Under the pieces are notes generated by a model. It was not told where the DNA came from and ran no database searches. It was given only the letters and a program-made list of their open reading frames with translations. The translations under genes and the position numbers were made by a program. A stretch of DNA of 64,000 nucleotides from Azolla caroliniana (lineage: Eukaryota; Plantae; Polypodiophyta): assembly GCA_043228905.1 (NCBI GenBank), contig JBHGNT010000011.1:3534001-3598000 (forward strand), given 5' to 3'. Positions 25,461-37,026 of the stretch are shown here, in pieces. The stretch's first letter is position 1. Each line of letters starts with the position of its first letter.

Positions 25461-26318
25461 TGTTGGGAGACAGGTCCCTCCGGATGGGAAGGGAGAAGAA
25501 CAGTGCCGACGAACAAACTCGACCGAGGCCGAATCCGGATGAGGAGTACCCGGCTACGGAGAGCCGGATGATACAGGCCCGGTGAGAACCGGAAGAGGAG
25601 TACCCGGCTACGGAGAGCCGGATGGCGCAGACCCGGTATGAACCGGATGAGGAGTACCCGGCTACCGAGAGCCGGATGATACAGGCCCGGTGAGAACCGG
25701 AAGAGGAGTACCCGGCTACGGAGAGCCGGATGGCGCAGACCCGGTATGAACCGGATGAGGAGTACCCGGCTACGGAGAGCCGGATGATACAGGCTCGGTG
25801 AGAACCGGATGAGGAGCACCCGGCTACGGAGAGCCGGATGACGCAGACCCGGTGAGAACCGGAGGAAGAGACATATTCGTAAATATGTTTCTGAGAGCCC
25901 ATCGAGGCTATATTTGTAAATAGCCGAAAAGTCATATTAGTATAAATATGACTTAGGGCAAACTTTTGTTGGTGTGGTTGTCATTTGCTGTTTTGCACGA
26001 GATTGGTGTGCGTAACTGTACAGAGAGAGAGAGAGAGAGAGAAAGAGGTCGTTGCCTCTGTTGTAACCGCCGCCCTGTGGCGAAGATTTGTGATCACGAG
26101 GTCGGTGCCTCAGTGAACTCACTGTTGTATATTCCTACATAGTGACAGTTTGCAGCCTGTGGGCTGCCGTGGTTTTTCCCCTAGTTTGGGGTTTTCCACG
26201 TAAACCTCCTGCGTATTCTCTCCTTCTTTGTGTCGCGTTTTATTTCCCGTTTTTTGTGCATCATTCTAAGCTCGGTAGTGGCCGAGTGTTGCGCATAAGG
26301 AACGTTGGGTTCCCGTCA
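25461..26318 (+). mobile_element. Solo LTR D (Copia, related to the LTR of H)
   Basis: TG...CA ends, TSD CGGGT/TGGGT (one C>T), TATAAATA box. The host frame VPIMRTP|GVEKALTS is restored on removal. Confidence 0.88.
25531..25863. repeat. 54-bp CCGG-rich tandem array (6 copies, alternating variants) in U3 of LTR D
   Basis: GAACCGGATGAGGAGTACCCGGCTACGGAGAGCCGGATG... units. The ORF track shows the matching 18-aa periodicity. Confidence 0.93.
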
Positions 26319-29093
26319 TGGGTGTCCGCATGATGGGTACACCAAACTCACTGTCTAGTGAGGGAGCCGACACATCTGAATCACTGTCGTCGGGGTGATC
26401 GACTTCGTATTCAAGCATCTTAACTTTGCCTTTGTTCAAGTTCGTACTTGGCCGCGACGTGCTTGGGTCGCGTGGGGGCTCTTGTGGCCCACTAGGCTTT
26501 GCCGTAATCGGACTTTCTTCGAACATGTGTTCGAAGCGATCTCCATCTTCTACCTCTAGTTCGGCGGATTCCAGGTTGAGCGGAGTCGGAGTTGAAGTTG
26601 TCTCTGGTGCGTACCAAGATGCGGACTCGTCGAAGACTACATCTCGACTTACCCGAACCGCTCAGGTAGAAGGGTTGTAGCACTTGTATGCCTTCTTCTC
26701 GGATGAGTATCCTATGAGGATACATTCCTCCGACTTCGCGTCGGGCTTTTGTCGTTGTTCGTTCGGGATGTGTACATTCGCAATGCTTCCGAACACCTTG
26801 AGGTGCGATAGGATAGGCTTCCTTCCGACGAGGAGCTCGTATGGAGTTAGCTCATGCACTCCATTAGTGGTGCATCAATTCATGAGATAGACGGTCGTGG
26901 ATACCACTTTAGCCCAATAGAAATTCAGCATGTGCTTCTCATGCATCATGGCGCGTGCTACCTCAAGTATTTGCCGATTCTTCCTTTCCGCAACTCCATT
27001 TTGTTCGGGTGTGTGTCGGCATGAGAATTCTCTAGGAATGCCTTCACTTTGGAGGTAGGAGGTGAATTCGTTGGAGAAGTACTCCTTGCCTCCATCTGAT
27101 TGTAGGCATCGAATGTGCCGATCGGTTTCTTTCTCGACTTGGCCCTTGAGCTTTTGGAAGTGGGAGAGCACTTTGCTTTTCTTCTTCATCGGGTAGATCC
27201 ACGTGTAATGCGAGTAGTTGTTGATGAAGGTTACATAATATCGGCATCCGCCGATCGTCGACGTTTGAGCTGGTCCCCATACATCCGAGTGTATGACGTC
27301 GCAGAGGCCTTTGCTTGCGGAGCTCTCCTTCGGGAATGGGAGTCGATGTTGTTTGCCGAGTTGACACGCTTCGCATACTCGAATGTCGGAAGTCCGATGA
27401 CGACTCCCTTTGTTTGCATAGCTCAAAGTCGTTGGAGGTTTATGTGGCCGATTCCCTTGTGCCACAACTCGATTCTTGTCTCGGTTTTGAGACTTTTAGT
27501 GTACATTGCCGATTTCATCTCGTTCGAATGGAGGATGAACATTCGACCATCTCTCCGCCCCTTAGCTATGAGTCGACCATCTTTCTCGATGAAGCATCCT
27601 TCGTTGTTGAACTGGACTTGCATGCCTTGCTCCATGATTTGGCCGACGGAGACCAAATGCTTCGTTATTGTGGGCACATGCAAGACATTCTTGATGTAAG
27701 TTTGCTCGCCTTCTTTCCCGAATGGGACATTGCCGATGTGCCGAATGGGATGTGTGGTGTCGTCTCCCGTCTCTATGTAGCCGGGTCGATCCGGTGTACG
27801 CAAGTCATTGAATCACTCTTTGTGGGATGTCATGTGATGTGAGGCGCCGAAATCGACGAACCACACGTCTTCCAAATTGGAGGTGCTCGCGGAGTCGGAG
27901 GCCGTGATAGAGTTCGCTCTATGCCTCATTACGAATAGTCTGCCGTAGTCGTCGTATTCGGAGTTGGTGGCGTAGTTTGTGAGTTGTCGACTTGTTGAAG
28001 CCGACTCACTTCTCTTTTTCCGACATTCCACTTTGTAGTGGCCGATTTTGTCGCAATAATCGCAAGGTGCAGGCCTCGTTTGCCAACCATGTTTGGCATG
28101 GAAGCTCCCCCTTCTTCCGAAGGTTCCTTGATGGCTTCCGTGAAGGTTTCAGTTCCTTTCGTGTGATGGGCCGAATTGGCCTCTTCTACCGCCGTGACCT
28201 CGTTCTCGGCCACCATTAAAACTTGAGAAGAACATTTGTCCTTCCGACGTCTTCGTATTGGTTCAAACGTGGTTCTCTTTAACCATTAGCATTGATTGAG
28301 GTCGAAGAATGAAGGAGGGTTTTCCCTCGCCAAGATTGCCGTCCTCAACGAGTCGAATCGTTGTGCAAGGCCGCCCAAGAATACTTGAACCATCTCGTCT
28401 TTGTCGACATTTATTTTGATGGAGCCAAGCGAGTTGCAAATGCTCTTGATCTTGGTGGTGTAGTTTGACACGGACATGTCTTTTTGCCGAATGTTGTTCA
28501 ATTCTTGTCGGAGTGAAGCTTTCGAGCGGTTGTGTTGGCGGCGAACATTTTCTTTAAGTTCTACCATGCCTCTTTGGGCGTCTGGGCGTCTCGAATGTGG
28601 CTAAGCATGTGGTCGTGGACACATGTCGCCAAGCAATACATGACTCGACTCATCGCTTGCTCCCATGTTGTGTAGTCAACGTTCTTTGAGTCGGGTCGAT
28701 TTTCTTGTGCGTTGTTGATGTAGCTCCAATCTCCTTGGCCGACAAGGTATTGGGTCATCTTGTACTCCCAAGATGAATAATTGCTCCGGTCTAGCTTTTC
28801 ACTAGGGAGTGAGCTACCCATTTGTGTGTTCATGTTAATTAGTGTCTTCTCTTTTTGCTTTTCTTCTTTCGATAACGTATACGTGCTACGTAGCGGATAA
28901 CCGGAATTTGTCGTTAGCATTTCGAACACACAATTATGAAGAGGCAAATGGGCTTAGTGGATGTGCTAAACCACATGCTCTGATACCATGTTAAGAATTA
29001 GGTAAGTAATTAAGCAAGGGTTAATTAGTATCTAATTATGTGATTAGTTGATAAGTGAAAGTTTAAGTGATATATGTGTGTATGTGTGTGAGA

Positions 29094-29135
<42 letters not shown>

Positions 29136-29460
29136 GTTGACACTTATAAACAACACAAGATGGGGTATGAGTAACTATATGTTAAATTAACATCCACATC
29201 ATCAAATACAAAAATACCTACAATGAGGTATATATAGATCTCATGTGTAAGGGTGCTTATGTGTGAGGATAATATAGGTACAAAGGTGTAAGTCCTATAT
29301 TAAATGTACTTAGGAGTGGAGGATCTAGAATATCCCACTTAAGTACAAGGTCCTATTTAAGGCGTTATAGTCAACACTTCTAAACTAGATTCTATCTAGG
29401 TAACTACAAAGTTACATGGTTGACTAACTAACTAAACTAAGTTGAGCTTGATCTCTCAAC

Positions 29461-29592
29461 AATGGGAATGGTTCTTATATGATAAGACGAAAGGCACAAG
29501 ATGATGAGAAGAGACTCAAGGTTTTCACATAATGGGAATGGTTCTTATATGATAAGACGAAAGGCATGAGATGATGAGAAGAGACTCAAGGT
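29461..29592. repeat. 70-bp tandem duplication flanking element A
   Basis: AATGGGAATGGTTCTTATATGATAAGACGAAAGGCA... occurs at 29461 and 29531. Confidence 0.9.
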
Positions 29593-31127
29593 GTTCAATG
29601 ACAAGCATGTTGGCAAGAAATCATCACTTCATTACATGATCCACCTAGAAGATGTATCAAAACTACACTTTTATCAAATGATTAAGAAACATCAATTCAA
29701 TACATACTCTCATCAAGTTTAACATGGATCACATATATACATGTTTTCATGTAGTTTTATCAAATGATTCAGCATTGATCATTGATCACACATGTTTTCT
29801 TGTACCTCATTTTTGTGGGATACCACCATTTGTATGGCTAGCAAAGTGGCACACTCTCACTTTGTTAGCCATACAATTTCTTCTTTACGAATTGAGTAAA
29901 GAGATGCAACCTTGTTTTACTCATCTCCCCAAGCAAATGTTTCCCCCCGAAATCATCAATGGTTAAAACAAAACACAGATATAAGGGGCATTGGTTTGAT
30001 AAGCCAAATTCAAGTATAAGAGATGCTAATATGATGAACAAAATGTTGAATGTTCAAATCTATATAATATAACAAATCATAGAATTGCATAACAATACCA
30101 TGAAATATTCAATTCCCCAAAAAGCTCTGGTTAGGTATCATACCATCACATAACCCAAATAATGCACAATGTATATCTTAGATGTAATCATTCACAATCA
30201 ATAAATTGTTTCACCAAAACATTACATTTTCGCTGAATGGAAGCATTCAGGGTTAACATAACACTCAAAAATCTTCAAGTGGCCCACTCAAAAAGAAACC
30301 TAGTAAGGTGAAATGCAGCTGCTCAAGCATAGTATGTTCATACAAATTTACAATCCTTTTGTTAATCTTTCCCAATTTCTCCTTTGCTTTGGACAGAATC
30401 CTATCACTAGTAACTAACACGGTATAATCTATTGATAATCACATAGATGCATGACAGTTATGGCTTTCTAAGCAAAGATCTGATGTTATATTGAGAACCT
30501 GAAATATGTGCTGATATTTTGAGAATCCAATTAAGTAAATCTATGGGTACTTGGGACCTTAAGCATTGACTGTTTCATACAATTTACTTAAACTCTTCAT
30601 GGTTACCTGTGACTTTTTTCCGGTGTCAACTCTTCACATGTTACCTGCAAACAAGGATGCCCTAATTTATTGGTTGTCCTAGCATACCTAGGTCTTCTCC
30701 TTTGTAAAATCTTAATTTTACATAGCTAAATCTCTATACCTATCTTCACCAATGTTTCAAAATAAAGATCCAAGATGCACCAATACTATCAACTGATGCA
30801 GGATTTTAGTACCAACAAACGCATACTTCTGGAACTAGATCTATGCTTAGACCATCTCTTTATCTCATCAATATCACTGCTTAAGGCAGTTTGAATTATT
30901 ACCAGCCAGCTGGGCCTTACTTCTAACTGCAAACATTCTTGGGAAGTTCTCTTAATTGATCTAGTGCCACTTTTCTGTTATTAGACAAGACAACCCTTGT
31001 AATCTAAAATTTTGAATTGGAGGCATATCAATTTCTTACTTCTTATCCTTGGCCACTTGAATCCAAACCATTGAGCCAATAGTCACCAACCTTTGAACTA
31101 TGTAACTATGCAGATATTATCTCATCC

Positions 31128-31391
31128 AAGTTCAATCATCTTCATCCACATCACAAATTCCGAACAATGTTATACCTTTATCTGAGCTCAATTGCCTTCA
31201 TCAACACCAAAAATTCCAAACATTATTATGCCTTTCAAAACAAGCATATTTATCTGAGCTCAATTACCTTCATACACACCACAAATTCCAAAACTCGTTA
31301 TGTCTTTCCAAACGAGGATATTTATATGACTCCAATTACCTTCATCCACACCATAAATTCCAAACGTCATTATGCCTTTCAAAACAAGGAC
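31128..31391. repeat. 72-bp degenerate tandem repeat, ~3.5 copies
   Basis: TTTAT(C/A)TGA...CAATT.CCTTCAT occurs at 31177, 31249 and 31321. Confidence 0.85.
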
Positions 31392-32388
31392 CTTAAGTGC
31401 AAAGTGGCAGGCAACTAAAGAAATTTCATATAGAATTGTGCATACATCCAAATGGGTGATTCTTTTAGGACACTAAGCTGGGATCTATATTGATGCATCT
31501 GCTAAGATATGATTGTGGGTAGAAGAAGGTGCCCTTTTATATCCGCACCCTTAAGATGATGACGGAAAAAGGATGCAAAGCACCTTGGCTCAGCGATTAT
31601 CCTTCAACAGAAATTCATTTTGGGCTATATTTGCCTGTCCCACCAGAAAAAAACACTTACTGACCTTGTTTTTGCAGTTATAATTACTCGATTATCACAT
31701 TTGTTTTGCTAATCCTTTAAGTATATTCTAGAGTGATTTCCCTAATTAAAAAGTACAAAGAGAACATAAAAAAAGGACGCCGAGGAATTCTTGCAAGAAA
31801 AGAAAAGAAACCAGAATGACGCAATGTTGTAGACCCCAGGGATTCTTCGGGTACAAAGAAAACACAGAAACTTAAAACCTAGAAATTCTTATAGTGAGGG
31901 AGAAAATCAGGAAAAAAACAATGTTGCCAAGGCACATTAGACATGATTAGAGAGAGAGAAAAAAAGAAACCCAATAAAACAATGTAGCCTACCCTAGAAA
32001 TTCTTACAGTAAAAAAGAATTTCTAGGGTTGTAGTCTACCCTAACAATTCTTGCAGAAAATGGATAACAAAGAACACAGAGAGGGATCTCATCACTATTC
32101 AAGTGTGATCCTTGCAACGGAAAACAATACCTTTCTTCCATGCGATGGAAATCTAAGATTCCATATCCATGTCTGCCTGATTACACACACCATCAAGTGA
32201 ATTGATGGAAGGAGTTTTCACACTTGAACCAAGACATGGTAAGGTTTGGATTTGTTTACATGGAGGTATAGGGTTCGAATCCTGCCCTGTGCATGTAATG
32301 TATATTTTATGGACGATAAAAATTCTAATTCTCATGAACATGATGGATAATGGTGCCCAACACTGACTCGGACTAGTGACTCGTGACT

Positions 32389-32762
32389 CAGATTCGGATT
32401 GACGCACTCTCCATTAGCCATGATCATCTCGAGTCCTTTGCGGTACCGCTCAATTTCACATGCACACTTGTAACTTGGTCGATCCGAATCACCAGACTTA
32501 GACTTGTAACTCATGACTTGAGACCTTCAGTCAGGTTGACACACTCATACTACAGTGGATGTAATACGGGGTCGACTACGACAAGATATCTCACCAGTAG
32601 TCAAGATGACCACCTTCCGACGCTTACTAGGAGTTGTGGCGACAGAAGACCTAGAGCTAGAGCAGCTGGATGTACAGATTCAGATTGACGCACTCTCCAT
32701 TAGCCATGATCATCTCGAGTCCTTTGCGGTACCGCTCATTTTCACATGCACACTTGTAACTT
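32389..32762. repeat. 88-bp direct repeats (32389-32476, 32675-32762) bracketing a ~110-bp Copia RT fragment (32563-32674)
   Basis: Both copies begin CAGATTC.GATTGACGCACTCTCC. The insert matches the reverse complement of 49359-49471. Confidence 0.85.
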
Positions 32763-33109
32763 CGTTATAACAACTAACTAAAATTGGTTGTATCTTGAGT
32801 ATAGGTTCCCAACCAAGCAAATAGAGTAATTGGGAAAGGTTTATCAAACTTATCGACACTCTACCCAAACTCATTGCCGTGTGATGTGGTAGGTCAAGAG
32901 GAATAAGGACAAAAAAGGGGGAAAAGAGACAATGCAAAAAACTAATGTAAACATTTTTTCTTTTATTTTATGTGCAGTTTTTTATCACAAAAGTAATGTC
33001 TACATAGCAAGAAAATCAGATTTTGATCACAAAAGTAATGTATATGTACGTAACAAGAAAATTCGATCAAGAAGAAAACACAAGATAGATATAATAATAA
33101 AATAATAAG

Positions 33110-33111
<2 letters not shown>

Positions 33112-33140
<29 letters not shown>

Positions 33141-33191
33141 CATACATACATACATGATACATACATACATACATACATACATACATACATA

Positions 33192-33253
<62 letters not shown>
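33112..33253. repeat. Compound (TACA)n(CA)n microsatellite
   Basis: Direct read. Confidence 0.95.
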
Positions 33254-33256
<3 letters not shown>

Positions 33257-34192
33257 TGTAAAATGCTCCAATATGTTCTACCGGTTCGTTTCCATGTAAA
33301 CTTCTTTATAGAGCTTATCATTGAAGCGTAAGTGTATGCGGAAACGTATGAAGATCTGTCTCAGTTCGTACTAAAAAAACAACATAGAAAGAGAAGAAAA
33401 GATATACATAGATTGAGGCTTTAATGGAAGCTCTATTACATTCTCTGTCTCACTCTCTTAGAGACTCGATATCCGATATATGGTCAAGAAGATTATTCTT
33501 TACAATGTTAGGTTATTGCTGTTGGGAATATGTCCCTCCAGTGAGAGGAGGAACCGATTGTCCAGAAGTTGCTGACAGTCGATGACTACGAGGAGCCGAC
33601 TGATCGGACTAAGGAGTGCTAACAAACGAAGACAGGGAAGATTCGACTATTCGGAAAGCCGACAGTTGAAGAGTCGAAAACAATGAGTCGATTGTTTGAT
33701 AGTTCGATTATTATTATTATAGCAATAATAATAATGACACGTAGCAGAGGCTACATTTGTAAATAACCCATACAGTCAGTGTATAAGTATAAAGACACTT
33801 AGGGCAAAACGAGTTTAATAGGAAAAAAACAGAGAGGATAGATGAGTTTTTTGTAGAACAGAAGTAGCGCATGACCGTGAGAGAAAGAGAGAACGAGTGA
33901 GAGCGGCGTCATAGTTGTGTGCGTAACAACAAACGCCAAGAGCCCTGCATGGCTGATACACTGGAATGAGTGTTGTAACATTCTATGTTGTATATCCACT
34001 ATACATAGTGAAGCTCTGTTCCCATGGTTTTCTCCCGTTTTTTAGGGTTTCCATGTTAAATCTCAATGCACCATTGTTTTGTTTTTTTTCTTTCCTTGGC
34101 ATATCTATGATTTGTATTTCAGCACAGTTTGTTTATTGTGATTTGATCGAACGATTTCTCAACAAATTGGTATCAGAGCTTGAGGTGCAAGC

Positions 34193-36473
34193 ATGGAAGG
34201 AGGTGTGAGCGGTTTCCCAGGTATGATAGTTCTCAACTCACAGAACTATGCAGATTGGAAGATCAAGATGGAAGACCTTCTCATAGTTAAAGACCTGTAT
34301 GAGCCAGTCGACAGAGTAGAAATACCCAGGGGGGTATTGGAATTGGACTAGAAGCTTCTGAATAGAAAGGCGGTGGCCACTATCCGACAATGCGTCGATG
34401 TAAGTGTCCTTCAACATGTGGCGAACGACACAAATGCCCATGAAATGTGGCAGAAGTTGTCGGGTCCATATGAGAGGAAGAACGCGCTCAATAAAACCTC
34501 GCTGATGAGAAAGATCGTACGGTTGAAATACAGAGATAGTGAGAGCATCGTCGAAAACATCAACACATTCATGGGGTATGTAAATCAACTTGCTGTGACC
34601 AAGTTTCCCTTGGATGATGCAATGCAGGCCATCCTGCTGATGTGCACACTGTCAGATAGTTGGGAGAATCTGGTGGTTACTCTCAACACCTCCTGTCAAG
34701 AAGAGAACTTGTCTTTACAGACAGTGAAGACAAGCATCCGAAATGAGGAGGCAAGGAGGAAAGACAAAGGAGTCCTGTCCCAATCGGAGTGGAATCTGAC
34801 TCAACATATGGACAGAGGAAGAGACTGGCGAAGAAGAAGTCCGAAACGAACAGACAAATCCCACGCCAGATCGACCGTCAGATCGAAGTCCAGAGGTAAG
34901 CCTGTGTGCTTTTATTGTGGAAAGCCTGGACACTTCCAGAAGGACTGTCGACACTTAAAGAAAGATAAGAGTGTCGGAAATAATGTCGAACCCAAGAAGA
35001 TTCCTGATGAGAAGAACACTTCGGCCATTGCTACGAGCAATGAAGAACTCTTGTTCATTTGTGAACAGACGAGTGCAAATCTTGCAAGTGAAGATTGCAC
35101 GTGGGTGATTGATTCTGGGGCATTGTTCCACATAACTCCGTCGAGAGAGTATTTCTCGACTTACATAGCCGGGGATCATGGCTATGTAAAGATGGGTGAC
35201 AGTGGAGAGTGCAGGGTAATCGGAGTCGGAAGTGATTGCTTAATGACGTCGATAGGGTGTCGACTGACATTGAAGGATGTTCGACTCGTCCCCGATATCA
35301 GATTCATTGAAGGTTAGATGACGAAGGTTATAGTGGTAGCTTTAGAAATGGCAAGTGGAAGTTCTGTCGAGGAAATCTTATAGTGGCCCGAGCACAGAAA
35401 GAAGGCACATTGTACATGATGCGTGCCCGACTGTGCAAATCGGAAGTAAATGTGGCAGCCGACTTGGCAGGTGAGATAGAGGCTAGGCTACATGAGTGAG
35501 AAGGGAATGCATCTGTTAGCTGACCAGAAACTTCTACCAGAGATCAAGGGCGTGCATATGGAGAAGTGCATCGACTGCTTAGCCGGAAAGCAGAATAGAG
35601 CTGCATTCCACACAAGACCACTGAGAAGAAGAGAGGCTGCACTGGAACTTGTACACACGAACGTGTGCTATGTTGATGCTCCATCGCATCGAGGAGGACA
35701 ATACTTTGGGACATTCATTGACGACCATAGTCGGAAGACATGGGCCTTCGTACTGAAGATGAAGGATCAAGTATTGTCAGTTTTCAAGGAGTTCCATGCA
35801 AGAGCCGAAAGAGAGTCGGGTCGGAAGTTGAAGGCTGTTCGAACCGATAACGGTGGCGAGTACAAAGGGCAGTTCGAGGAATACTGCAAGAACCAAGGTA
35901 TTCGGATCGAATACACAGTGCCAAAGACCACATAATTGAATGGGCTTGCAGAGAGGATGAATCGAACGATCATGGAGAGAGTAAGGAGCATGCTCTCTCA
36001 TGCGAAACTCCCGAAATCCTATTGGGCTGAGGCGATGTACACAACTGTTTATCTGATCAACAGGTCTCCCTCAGTACCATTGAAGGGTGATGGCCCACAG
36101 AGGGTGTGGACGGGGAAGGATGTCTCCTACCAGCATATGAGGGTGTTCGGATGTCTGACGTACATGCATGTACCGAAAGATCAGAGGTCAAAGCTCGACA
36201 GCAAGTCGAAAGCATGCATATTCATAGGATACTCGGAAGATGATGTCCCACAGAGGGTGATGGACGGGGAAGGATGTCTCCTACCAGCATATGAGGGTGT
36301 TCGGATGTCTAACGTACATGCATGTACCGAAAGATCAGAGGTCAAAGCTCGACAGCAAGTCGAAAGCATGCATATTCATAGGATACTCGGAAGATGAATT
36401 CAGCTACAGGCTATGGGACCTAGTCGACAAGAAGGTAGTGAGAAGTCAGGATGTAGTCTTTCTAGAAGACAAG
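34193..36473 (+). pseudogene. Element E gag-PR-INT
   Basis: Motifs MEGGVSGFPG, CFYCGKPGHFQKDC, WVIDSGA and VRTDNGGEY, with stops and frameshifts. Confidence 0.9.
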
Positions 36474-36577
36474 TGTCATGAACAGTACTGAGACAGAGAA
36501 GGAATTAGTACTAAACGAAGGATTAGTACTATGAGAGGTGTGGAACTTCTTCGAGAGAAGGAAGAAGTGAGCGAGAC

Positions 36578-36619
<42 letters not shown>

Positions 36620-37026
36620 AGAAAGATATTTATTATATGAAGAGAATATACAACGGTGGCTAAAAGGCTTAAGACTGGCGTTGAACCAATTTGGTTCAAC
36701 ATAATGCCTAGTGCCCTCTTTTATAGTGTTTTCAGGAGTAATCCTGAAGCTTCTAGAATGTTCCAGAGAAATCTGGAATATACACTAATTTCCTATAATA
36801 AAATGTAAATGAAAATAATATCCTACGTATTACAATAGATGTTCTAATGGTCAAGAGCTCGACCCATATAATCTAAGGTCATGGGTTCGAGTCTTGCCAT
36901 ATCATGACACTAATTTCCTATAATAAAATGTAAATGAAAATAATATCCTACGTATTACAATAGATGTTCTAATGGTCAAGAGCTCGACCCATATAATCTA
37001 AGGTCATGGGTTCGAGTCTTGCCATA

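Larger units (their letters stand above)
25200..28833 (-). pseudogene. Element A gag-PR-INT remnants; RT and RNase H deleted at ~25265
   Basis: Motifs MNTQMGSSLPSEKLD, WFVDFGASHHMT and CEACQLGKQHR. The RT start NPRWVEV joins directly to an RNase H end (FITGLRG). Confidence 0.88.
12740..29461 (-). mobile_element. Ty1/Copia element A (degenerate, RT/RNase H deleted), host of nest 1
   Basis: 5' LTR 28989-29461. The 3' LTR is split into 12740-12992 and 24875-25086. TSD ATGGG (12735-12739 / 29462-29466), PBS tRNA-iMet TGGTATCAGAGC (28977-28988, -), PPT at 25087-25097. Gag/PR/INT remnants lie at 26320-28833. Confidence 0.93.

Noticed and set aside
25415-25935. Repeat-protein ORFs (18-aa period)
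   Set aside because: Translations of the 54-bp LTR tandem array.
30300-32150. Possible spliced gene on the - strand (e.g. a short AG/GT-bounded segment near 30607-30644)
   Set aside because: No consistent reading frame could be assembled from the candidate splice sites.
36833-36904. Functional tRNA gene in LTR F
   Set aside because: The acceptor and anticodon stems do not pair, so it is reported only as a tRNA-like module.
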